From assembly GCA_963755125.1 (NCBI GenBank), contig CAVWIP010000017.1:32001-96000 (forward strand): 64,000 nucleotides of DNA, given 5' to 3'. The notes under the pieces are model-generated. The model searched no databases. It saw nothing but the letters and a program-made list of their open reading frames with translations, and was not told where the DNA came from. Both the position numbers and the translations under genes were made by a program. The stretch's first letter is position 1. Every line of letters starts with the position of its first letter. Below, piece by piece: positions 30,216 through 38,709 of the stretch. This stretch comes from an uncultured delta proteobacterium (GTDB taxonomy: Bacteria; Myxococcota_A; Polyangia; Fen-1088).

Positions 30216-30925
30216 CAGTTTTCCGCCGTTTTCCCGCAACATTTCTTGTACTTCTTCCCCGATCCACACGGGCACGGCTCATTCCTGCCGATCTTGGGAG
30301 TACTGCGCCTTGGCTCGGTGGTAACTATGTCCTGTCCGTGGGCTTCGCGGCCTGCCCGGAAATAGCGATAGGCATACGCGATGCCAGCTGTCATGTGCGC
30401 AATGACATCTTCGCGCTGCTCAAGGCTGATCGGCCCCGGTCGCATCTTCGGGTCTTTGTCATGCTCGTGGTGGAGCATCATCGTCGGAATCAAGCAACCG
30501 CCGTTCTCTTCGTCATTCAGAAGTTTCGACCAGCCACCGGGCCGCATCTTCACGCCTCGCATGAAGCCGTTTGCCCAGTCGTTGCCACTTGCGAATCCGT
30601 GCTCGTCTTCCAGCAGGAGCGGCAAGTGGACGTCGTCTTTGAAGAACGCATCAGCGATGGTGTTCCAGTGCCGCATCATGAGGGCAAAGAACTCGTTGGC
30701 CTCGTCGCGACTGGCGAATCCGGAGTGGTTTGACATGTCGCCGCCGAAGACCTCCGGCAAGTACTCGCTCGGCATCACGGTCTCCGGGCCCACGACCAAA
30801 GCTGCGAAGAACCCATCCAGTTGCTCCAGGTTCATCGCTTTGTCACCCCCGCGGCTTTCGAGAAGGTCTCCGAGGCGGTCCAACTCGGCGTCGTTCAAGG
30901 GCTCGCTGGCGGTCTGATTTTTCAT
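30215..30925 (-). CDS. UPF0149/YecA family protein with SEC-C motif
   Basis: [15 protein letters not shown]...WANGFMRG...[21 protein letters not shown]. Confidence 0.92.
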   Translation of the reverse strand: MKNQTASEPLNDAELDRLGDLLESRGGDKAMNLEQLDGFFAALVVGPETVMPSEYLPEVFGGDMSNHSGFASRDEANEFFALMMRHWNTIADAFFKDDVHLPLLLEDEHGFASGNDWANGFMRGVKMRPGGWSKLLNDEENGGCLIPTMMLHHEHDKDPKMRPGPISLEQREDVIAHMTAGIAYAYRYFRAGREAHGQDIVTTEPRRSTPKIGRNEPCPCGSGKKYKKCCGKTAEN

Positions 30926-31054
30926 GGGGATTCCGACTACTCTGGGTAACCATTTACCACACGAAGCCCATCACGAGCTGCCATCGGTGCCCTGGTGGAA
31001 CCCTCGCGAAACCTGGATTGAAACCCCTTCCGACAGGCACTACCGTTTCTTCGC

Positions 31055-32221
31055 GTGCCTCCTACCGCCTTCATCCACCTGGACATGGACGCGTTCTTCG
31101 CGTCGGTGGAGCAACGCGATTCTCCCGAGCTGCGAGGCAAGCCCGTCATCGTAGGCGGCGACCCGCGACGCGGAGTCGTGCTGGCGGCCTCGTATGAGGT
31201 GAGACCGTTCGGGGTGCACTCGGCCATGCCCATGGCAGTCGCCATGCGACGCGCACCCAAGGCCATCGTGGTTCCGCCGCGCATGACAGCGTACGAGGAA
31301 GCGAGCGATGCCGTCTTCGCGATCATGAGCAAGGTCACGCCGCTCATCGAACCGGTCTCGCTTGATGAGGCATTCCTGGACGTGACTGCATCAGTCAAGC
31401 TGTTCGGCACTCCCAGCCAGATAGCCTCCGACCTGCGAGCACGGATTGCATCTGAGGTGGGGTTGCCGTCGTCGGCTGGAATCGCGTCGGTGAAGTTTGT
31501 GGCCAAGATCGCATCTGACCTGGCCAAGCCGAACGGGCAGAAGGAAGTCGCACCAGTTGAGGCCCGCGAGTTTCTCGCCCCGTTGCCCGTCGGACGTCTG
31601 TGGGGCGTGGGTCCGAAAACCGAGGCTGCTCTTGCAGACCTTGGACTTCGCACCGTCGGGCAGATTGCAGCTTCAGATCCAAATTGGCTCGACAAGCGCA
31701 TCTCTGGTGGGCGCGATCTGTGGGAACTGGCATGTGGGATCGATCTGCGACCAGTTGTTCCCGACCGTGAGGCGAAGAGCATCGGTACCGAGGACACATT
31801 TGATGAGGACCTGGCTGGCACGGATGCGCTGCTACCCCACGTGCACTCGCAGGCTCTGCGCGTAGGACGGCGTCTGCGCCAGGCGGGCAGAAAAACAACG
31901 GTGGTGCAGCTCAAGGTGAAGCTGGCGGACTTCACGCTGCTCACGCGCCAGACGACGTTGCACGAACCGACAGACGATGGTCAGGAGATCTATCGAGCCG
32001 CAAGCGCTCTCCTGCTGGCGGAGAAACTGAAACAGAAGGTCAGGCTCACGGGTGTATCAGCGCAGTCGCTCGTCGGTGAAGGCGGGCAGTTGCCTCTCTT
32101 TGATTCTGACCGCCGCGTTGGTCGGCTCAACGCCGTCCTCGACCGCATCCACGACAAGTTCGGCTCAGATGCGGTGACCACGGCAGACTTGCACGCAGCA
32201 CCAGGCAAGAAACGGGAGTAG
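31055..32221 (+). CDS. dinB: DNA polymerase IV (Y-family)
   Basis: HLDMDAFFASVEQ, SYEVR, SLDEAFLD, AKIASDLAKPNG. Confidence 0.95.
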   Translation: MPPTAFIHLDMDAFFASVEQRDSPELRGKPVIVGGDPRRGVVLAASYEVRPFGVHSAMPMAVAMRRAPKAIVVPPRMTAYEEASDAVFAIMSKVTPLIEPVSLDEAFLDVTASVKLFGTPSQIASDLRARIASEVGLPSSAGIASVKFVAKIASDLAKPNGQKEVAPVEAREFLAPLPVGRLWGVGPKTEAALADLGLRTVGQIAASDPNWLDKRISGGRDLWELACGIDLRPVVPDREAKSIGTEDTFDEDLAGTDALLPHVHSQALRVGRRLRQAGRKTTVVQLKVKLADFTLLTRQTTLHEPTDDGQEIYRAASALLLAEKLKQKVRLTGVSAQSLVGEGGQLPLFDSDRRVGRLNAVLDRIHDKFGSDAVTTADLHAAPGKKRE

Positions 32222-32251
32222 AGGGACGATCTGCTTCCGAATGCTGTGCTG

Positions 32252-32320
32252 AGTTAGCTATGTCCGTTTGAATTGATGGCGGCCCCGCAAACCTGGGTCA
32301 CGCGTAGTAGGGGGTAGAGT
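32252..32320 (+). repeat. Repeat family C, copy 2
   Basis: AGTTAGCTATG...GGCGGCCCCGCAAACCTGGGTCACGCGTAGTAGGGGGT. Confidence 0.65.
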
Positions 32321-32429
32321 GGGGTGGGGTGATGTTCCTGGCTGAGCACAACCAAGGGCAGGGGATGCTGGCCATCAGGAAGGTCGATCCGAGCCGTGCG
32401 ACACACCTCTGATGACGTCGTTTTCACCT

Positions 32430-32570
32430 GTAACCACGGCGTAACCAACGGTACCGTATTCGGTACCAAACCGGAGGGATCACGGATGACCTGTTCCCTT
32501 CGTGGTGTTCAAAAATCCCCTATAAAACAAGGGGGTTTGAGCACAAAGGGTGATCATCCGTGATCATGTC
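32430..32570. promoter_or_regulatory. Candidate integrase arm/accessory binding repeats
   Basis: GTAACCACGGCGTAACCAACGGTACC repeats; inverted pair GATCACGGATGAC / ATCATCCGTGATC; similar GTACCAACGTAACCAACGG near 32979. Confidence 0.45.
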
Positions 32571-32578
32571 CAGGTGAG

Positions 32579-32616
32579 TTGGGAAGCCGATGCTCTACCA
32601 ACTGAGCTACTCGCGC
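32579..32616 (-). tRNA. 5' half of tRNA-Gly(CCC); att-type fragment, not a functional tRNA
   Basis: GCGCGAG TA GCTC AGTTGGTA GAGC A TCGGC TTCCCAA, after which similarity stops exactly at the end of the 7-nt anticodon loop. Confidence 0.85.
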
Positions 32617-32667
32617 ATTCTCTTTTAATTTCAGTTAGTTAGGCTAGATTTCGTTCGCAGCGAATTC

Positions 32668-32915
32668 CTACTCTCTGCCCATTCTCTGCCCAAGTGGGGC
32701 GGGAACCTCGCGAAGAGATAGCACAACCGACGCCGGTTTGGAAAGGTCGACCGCAACTCTATCGAACGCCTTGGCGCCGAAAAAGTCCGGGGCCAAGTGC
32801 GCGTAGTGCTGGGTCGTGGAGGTTGAAGAATGGCCCATGATTTTGGCCAGTTCTTCCATGCTGCCGCCGTTCATCACCCATTGGGATGCGAACGTGTGGC
32901 GGGTGCATTGGTACG
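32668..32915 (-). pseudogene. Tyrosine integrase C-terminal remnant
   Basis: YQCTRHTFASQWVMNGG...IMGHSSTSTTQHYAH (box II Arg, His and catalytic Tyr); N-terminus absent. Confidence 0.85.
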
Positions 32916-33247
32916 CAGACCAACGGCTGGAACTACACATCCCCGTCGGACACCAGCATCCAACTCTACGGCTCGTGGTGTACCAACGTAACCAACGGAA
33001 CCTACAAGTCCGCCGAGGTTCTGATGGGCTGCCCAGGGGATAGTGGCATTATCCCGTAGCGCAGGACCTTCCCCGGCAATAGGCGGCAGAGTTGGAGCGT
33101 GAAGCGGCGAATCACCACACGCTCACAGACGAAGGGAAGCCAGGCGGTAGAAGGCGGTCTACAAGAAGCAAGACGACTCTGGGCAGTTGGCGACGATGCC
33201 GGTAGCGTGTGAAGGTCGCGGAAGAGTGTAGAAGCCAAGCCGGGATC

Positions 33248-33574
33248 ATGACCAAAGCCGACCTCATCACCATCATCGCCGACAAGCTCAAGTTCCCCGG
33301 GGCGCGAGCGGAGCTACTTGTAGATCATATCTTCTCGTCCATGTCAGACGCCCTCATGCGCGGCGAAAAGATCGAAATTCGAGGGTTCGGCAGCTTCACC
33401 GTGCGCCAGTACCGCGCCTACGACGGTCGTAACCCGCGCACAGGTGCAATCGTTCCCGTCAAGCCCAAGCGTCTGGCCTTCTTCAAAGTGGGCAAAGAGA
33501 TGAGGGAGCGCGTGAATGGTGGGAAACGCTCGACAGAGGTAGGAGCAGCGGCTGAGCCGGACAAGCTGGTCTAG
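33248..33574 (+). CDS. ihfB: Integration host factor beta-like protein
   Basis: MTKADLI...IEIRGFGSFTVRQYRAYDGRNPRTG...FFKVGKEMRERVN. Confidence 0.9.
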   Translation: MTKADLITIIADKLKFPGARAELLVDHIFSSMSDALMRGEKIEIRGFGSFTVRQYRAYDGRNPRTGAIVPVKPKRLAFFKVGKEMRERVNGGKRSTEVGAAAEPDKLV

Positions 33575-33624
33575 GGCGGATACGGATGTGAGTTGTCCGA
33601 CGCTCGGCATTCCGTCGGCGGCGT

Positions 33625-34056
33625 TCAGAGTATCCAGTCGCACGCATTGAGTGCCGTGCAGTTCTGCGCCGCCATCGCATTCTGCAGGCAGGCCACATTT
33701 GAAGGGCCGTAGCACTTCGAGTAGCCCGCGCCCATGGTGCAGTTGATCATGCACTGGCCGGCGCTGGTGCTTGATCCGCACTGCGCCGAAAAGGCACAGA
33801 TTGTGCCGGGTGACCCGTCGCCGCAGAGCTGGCTCGCGCCGGCGTAACTGAGGCACCCACCGTCGGTGTAGCCGAGCGACGAGGCATCGGCTTGCCCGGA
33901 GGCTGTGTCGAGCGGACGGGAAGCGTCCGGCCCGTGGCTGACCGCCGAATCGGACCCGCCTGGCCCGTCCGGGGTGGAGTTGGCCGTAGAACTGCACCCC
34001 ATCATGCCAAGTCCGAGCAGCAGCATGAAGAATCGGACAGGAAAACCGTTGCGCAT
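33625..34056 (-). CDS. Small Cys-rich lipoprotein
   Basis: GGAGG RBS; GMMGC lipobox. Confidence 0.75.
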   Translation of the reverse strand: MRNGFPVRFFMLLLGLGMMGCSSTANSTPDGPGGSDSAVSHGPDASRPLDTASGQADASSLGYTDGGCLSYAGASQLCGDGSPGTICAFSAQCGSSTSAGQCMINCTMGAGYSKCYGPSNVACLQNAMAAQNCTALNACDWIL

Positions 34057-34083
34057 GTTGGCCTCCAAGAGATCGGTTCGACG

Positions 34084-35646
34084 TCAGGGGCAGCCGCCCT
34101 GGGGACAGGTGTTGCAGGTGATCTCCACTCCGCTGGTGAGCGTGGCATTCACGACACATCCGCCTGAAGTGGTGCCGCATTCGGGAGTTACCGGCCCCTG
34201 GCCACAGGCATTGTCGACACATTGAACCCCAACCGAGCCGTCTTCGATCACCAGGCACATCTGTCCGGAGGGGCACGTGCGAGAGATGCAATTCACCGTG
34301 CTGCAAGCCCCGGTCTGGACTGTCCATTTGCCGCCTGCACAGCCGGCCTGCGTGCGACCCGTACTGGGGCAGTTGTCGTAGAAACAGGTCATGTCCGTGC
34401 TCCCGCAGGAAGAGGCGTTTGTCGGCGGTGTCGAAGGACAAGTGGTAGGGGTGACCCCGGCATCGGCATCGGCGCACTCGTTCTGGAGGACACAGCCTTC
34501 GTAGCAGTTGTTGGCATACGAGAGGGCATACGGCGTCACACAGACGGGTTGCGGGGCTAGACACGCAACCGGGCCAGTGCAGTTGGCGTGACCGCCGTCG
34601 GCGCATCGGCTGAAGTTCGGGGGATTCTCGAAGACCGAGTGGCAGTCGCTGCGGCTATCACACTCCGCCTGGGTTGACACCTGGCTGCAGCTTGCAACAG
34701 CAGCATCGCTCACTCCAGCGTCCGGTGGCGGACAAGCGACGGCGCCGCACACGGCGAAGCACATGCCGGTTCCAGGCGTGCATCCCGGACACCAGGTCTG
34801 GCCTGCCGGGCAGACTCCCGGACAATAGGAGGCCGTGCAGGACTGCCCGCAGCTGCCGGGGATGCCAAGACTTGTGCACCCTGGGCACCAGATCTGTCCC
34901 GCTGGGCATGGCCCCGCGTCCGCCCCTGCGTCCGCGCCGCCAGCCATCACGAAGGTCATGCACCGGCCGCTGACGCATTCCAGGCCGATGGAGCCGCCCT
35001 GAGCCGTGTTGTTGCCGTCCTCGGCTAGCTGGTAGGTGAAGCTGGCGCAACCAAGGTTTCCGCAGGATAGCGACGGGAACGTGCACGAGGACGACTTGGC
35101 CAGGCCCACCTCCGAGATGGCACCGCAACAGGTTGGCTGGACCACCTGCCTGCAATCGCTCGCCAGGGTGCAGGTCTTGGCCGTGGTCGCGATGGTGCCG
35201 CTGGAATCGTAGCAAGAGTTGCCGCTGCTGCTCGACGAAGCACCACCGGTTCCAGTTGTTCCGCCATTTTCCCCCGTGGCGGTACTGCTGCCGCCAGCGC
35301 CACCAGAACTCGGGCAGTAGCAATCACACTCTCCCCCCTGGCAAAGGGCGAAACAAGTGGAGGGCCTTCCACTGCACACATTCTGGCTCCCGCCGGACCC
35401 CGCAGCACCACCCGTGCCGAAAGCTGAGCTTCCGCCAGAAATCATGGTCCCGCCGCCTGCCGTGATTCCGCCCCGCAAACTCGTACTTCCGCCTTGTGCC
35501 GTGATTCCGCCAGAAGCCGTGGTCCCGCCGGAGCTATGGAGACCGGTCTTGGCGTTCGAGCTACAGCCGCTGCCCAGCATTGCGAGGGAGAGCCCAAAGG
35601 CTCCGACGATGCAAGACCTGAAACGATTGGGTCGGTCGGTATTCAT
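34084..35646 (-). CDS. Multi-module Cys-rich lipoprotein
   Basis: LGSGC lipobox; Gly-rich linkers; duplicated CPAGQxWCPGCT modules. Confidence 0.82.
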   Translation of the reverse strand: MNTDRPNRFRSCIVGAFGLSLAMLGSGCSSNAKTGLHSSGGTTASGGITAQGGSTSLRGGITAGGGTMISGGSSAFGTGGAAGSGGSQNVCSGRPSTCFALCQGGECDCYCPSSGGAGGSSTATGENGGTTGTGGASSSSSGNSCYDSSGTIATTAKTCTLASDCRQVVQPTCCGAISEVGLAKSSSCTFPSLSCGNLGCASFTYQLAEDGNNTAQGGSIGLECVSGRCMTFVMAGGADAGADAGPCPAGQIWCPGCTSLGIPGSCGQSCTASYCPGVCPAGQTWCPGCTPGTGMCFAVCGAVACPPPDAGVSDAAVASCSQVSTQAECDSRSDCHSVFENPPNFSRCADGGHANCTGPVACLAPQPVCVTPYALSYANNCYEGCVLQNECADADAGVTPTTCPSTPPTNASSCGSTDMTCFYDNCPSTGRTQAGCAGGKWTVQTGACSTVNCISRTCPSGQMCLVIEDGSVGVQCVDNACGQGPVTPECGTTSGGCVVNATLTSGVEITCNTCPQGGCP

Positions 35647-35713
35647 GATGCTTCCTTGTCGTCTGCCGTTCGGGAAATGGAGTGTTCGCTGGGTGTGAAC
35701 TGATGGTCAAGTC

Positions 35714-36679
35714 TCACGGATACCCGCAGAGCACGTATGCGGAGGTCACGCTGCATTCAACACCACCGACGGCGGGGCAGAGGCAGTTGCAGAGATCACC
35801 GCTGCACGCGTCGGGGAGGTCAACACAACCTGGGGCGGGTGCGGGCTCCGTGCAACCTGGGCTCACCTGATCTCCTGTTGCCGGGTCACGGCAGGAGGCG
35901 GCATACACGAGGCCCGGCGGACAGCCCCCGTCGCCCAGAGCCTGGCACAGCGGAGCTGGGCCGCCTGAGCGGAGCACGCAGGCTTGGCCGGAATGACACG
36001 TGGTGCTTCCGCAGGACTGACTTCCGGCGTCCCATGCTGTGTCCACCGCCGAGGGGACGTCTTGCCCGGCATCCGTCGGCGGCACCACGACGTCCGTTGT
36101 GCATAGGTGCCCCACGCACCGGACGGACACCAAATCGATCGGCTGCGTGTCCGTTCCCAGGAAAGGCGTGGTCTTGCCCGTGTCCGTCAGGTAGCCGAGA
36201 TACTCCGCACACCCAAGCCCGCTACAGGCTCCCGGAGGCAGTGCAAAGCAACCTGCATATGCACTTGCCTGGGTCTTGGCTATTCCACGTGCGTTGTCTG
36301 CCCCACAACAGGTTGCTGCGGTAAGAATCGTGCAGTCCGAATCCTGCGTGCACTGGCGCGCCACCGCCGCAAAGCCGACCCCTCCATCGTCACTACACGC
36401 GACGCCTGCGCCAGCGTCGCTCGTCACTCCGCCGGTTCCTATGGCCCCACCTGTGCCCGTACCGGCGTCAGTTCCCATGCCGCCAGTTCCTACAGCTCCA
36501 CCCGCGCCCGTACTGGCGTCAGTCTTCACACCGCCAGCGCCTCCAGAAGAACCATCAGGTAGTCTTCCAGCGCTCTGGTCCGTCCTGCCACAAGCCCCAG
36601 CCCATCCCATGAGCAGGCAGGCTGCCCAGGCAGCGAGGTTCCATGAAGCACGCGGACGCAAAGTGTTGTTTGCGCTCAT
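35714..36679 (-). CDS. Cys-rich lipoprotein
   Basis: WAGAC lipobox; shares a Cys module with 34084-35646. Confidence 0.78.
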   Translation of the reverse strand: MSANNTLRPRASWNLAAWAACLLMGWAGACGRTDQSAGRLPDGSSGGAGGVKTDASTGAGGAVGTGGMGTDAGTGTGGAIGTGGVTSDAGAGVACSDDGGVGFAAVARQCTQDSDCTILTAATCCGADNARGIAKTQASAYAGCFALPPGACSGLGCAEYLGYLTDTGKTTPFLGTDTQPIDLVSVRCVGHLCTTDVVVPPTDAGQDVPSAVDTAWDAGSQSCGSTTCHSGQACVLRSGGPAPLCQALGDGGCPPGLVYAASCRDPATGDQVSPGCTEPAPAPGCVDLPDACSGDLCNCLCPAVGGVECSVTSAYVLCGYP

Positions 36680-36956
36680 CCTATCTTGCCGTGGCATTTG
36701 TCGACGATACAGCAAGCTGCGTGCCACCCGCTGTCGAGGCTGGTTTCATGGAACGATCATGTATGTCGGCATGAAAACGGTCGATTGTGCGCATACCCGT
36801 CGCGACAGGGCCGTCCTCATACCCTCAGAATTCTGAGGGCAATCTCAGACGGCTGATGGATCGTGTCCAAGATTTCACTTGGTCCCCGGTCAAGAAGTCA
36901 ACTCGAACTTGGCCTCGAACTTGCTGATATTTTGCCCACTCGATCTGGAGGCAGCC

Positions 36957-38489
36957 ATGACTCGATGGATTCGACCTGGGACCGGTTCTTGTGTTCTTTC
37001 CGCGCTTTTCTTCGCCACATTTGCTGGGTGTGGTTCAAGCAACTCGAAATCTGCGCCTGATGCCACCACCCACGACACCGCGTTGTCGCAAGATGTTGTC
37101 GTGGCCCTTGACGGTTTTAGCGATCACGCCGTCGCGCCTGACGCCGCTGCAAGCGATTCCACCGTGGCACCCGATGCTGCCCAGAGCGATGCTTTGGTGG
37201 CCGATGTCCCCGCGACCGACGCTGCTTCCTCCGATGCCGAAAGTGTTTCTGACGCTGGGTCTGCCCCGGACATCGTCACCGCCATGTCGTCCGTCCAGCG
37301 CATCGCCGATCCCCAGGTGCCAGCGGCTGACATCACTACCCTGGCTTCCGACAACGCCGCGTTCGCGTTCGCAGCCTACCAACAGCTCATCACCACGAAC
37401 ACCAATCTGGTCTTCTCGCCAGCCAGCATCTCCATCGCCCTTGCCATGACCTATGCCGGCGCAGCAACCACGACAGCGACCGAGATGGCTCAAGCACTTC
37501 ACTTCACCCTGCCACCCGCGCAGTTGCACCCGGCGTTCAATGCTCTGGACCAGACTCTGGCCTCACGTGGTCAGGGCTTCCTGGGCGGTGATGGTGGACC
37601 CATGCAGGTAGACATCGTCAACGCGCTTTGGGCCGAGCAGACCTACACGTTCAGGAGCGATTTTCTGGACACTCTGGCCGAGAACTATGGCGCCGGCGTG
37701 AACCTTCTCGATTTCATCAATGCCCCCGATCCATCGCGGCTGACCATCAACGCGTGGGTGGCTGGCCAGACCAACGATAAGATCCAGAATCTGCTGCCTC
37801 CGGGCTCCATCGGAAGCGCGACAAAGCTGGTTCTCACCGATGCGGTCTACTTCAATGCTGCCTGGAGCACCCCGTTTGACCCGAACAATACCCAAGACGG
37901 CCCATTCACCCGCCTCGACGGTAGCACCGTGACTGTGAGTTTCATGAACGCATACCTCCCCGGCCTTCCGGCGATTCAGGGGACGAGCTTCGTAGCCGCG
38001 TCTCTGCCCTACGCCGACACTCGGCTCTCGCTGGTGGTGGTGGTGCCTGATGAGGGCCAGTTCAGCCAAGTCGAATCCTCTCTGAATGCAACCACGCTGG
38101 CGACTCTGGTGGCCGGGCTGGTCAGCCAGCCGGTTATTCTCACGCTTCCCCGCTTCAAGGTCGAGACAGCGACGAGTTTGAAGCTACTCCTCCAGGCCCT
38201 GGGCATGATATCGGCTTTCATCCCTCGCGTCGCCGACTTCTCGGGCATGGATGGTACGCTCACCCTCTTCATCTCGAACGTATTCCACGACGCCTTCATC
38301 GACGTTGCGGAAAAGGGCACCGAGGCCGCAGCCGCCACAGCAGTCGTCGTCGCAAAAGATTCCGTTGCCAGTGCGCCTCCGACAGGGCTAGTGGTCGACG
38401 CGACCCGTCCCTTCATCTATTTCCTCTATGACCAGCCCACCGGTGCCATTCTCTTCATGGGTCGGGTTCAAGATCCTAACCAGAACTGA
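36957..38489 (+). CDS. Lipoprotein serpin (serine protease inhibitor)
   Basis: FAGC lipobox; NLVFSPASISIALAMTYAGA, AVYFNAAW, EKGTEAAAATAV hinge, RPFIYF...ILFMGRV. Confidence 0.93.
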   Translation: MTRWIRPGTGSCVLSALFFATFAGCGSSNSKSAPDATTHDTALSQDVVVALDGFSDHAVAPDAAASDSTVAPDAAQSDALVADVPATDAASSDAESVSDAGSAPDIVTAMSSVQRIADPQVPAADITTLASDNAAFAFAAYQQLITTNTNLVFSPASISIALAMTYAGAATTTATEMAQALHFTLPPAQLHPAFNALDQTLASRGQGFLGGDGGPMQVDIVNALWAEQTYTFRSDFLDTLAENYGAGVNLLDFINAPDPSRLTINAWVAGQTNDKIQNLLPPGSIGSATKLVLTDAVYFNAAWSTPFDPNNTQDGPFTRLDGSTVTVSFMNAYLPGLPAIQGTSFVAASLPYADTRLSLVVVVPDEGQFSQVESSLNATTLATLVAGLVSQPVILTLPRFKVETATSLKLLLQALGMISAFIPRVADFSGMDGTLTLFISNVFHDAFIDVAEKGTEAAAATAVVVAKDSVASAPPTGLVVDATRPFIYFLYDQPTGAILFMGRVQDPNQN

Positions 38490-38594
38490 CCAGAGAGGCG
38501 CATCATGCAGCCCCATCTCGACCGGGAGGGAGGCCAGTGTAGATGTCTTCAGGTACGCTACCCCGCGTGGTCGATAGCGCGTCCGAAAGGTGTA

Positions 38595-38670
38595 CCCGTG
38601 CGGCCCATCGATGAGCTAGAAGAAGTGCCGGGGATCGGACCAGCCACATTCGATGCCGTCCATTCATCGG
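38595..38670 (+). pseudogene. Helix-hairpin-helix (ComEA-like) fragment
   Basis: IDELEEVPGIGPATFDAV. Confidence 0.4.
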
Positions 38671-38709
38671 CTCGCGTGCCAGGATCATGCTTAGTAAGGA
38701 GGTCAGACG

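Noticed and set aside
32540..32616. Complete tRNA-Gly gene
   Set aside because: The 3' anticodon stem, T-arm and acceptor 3' strand are absent.
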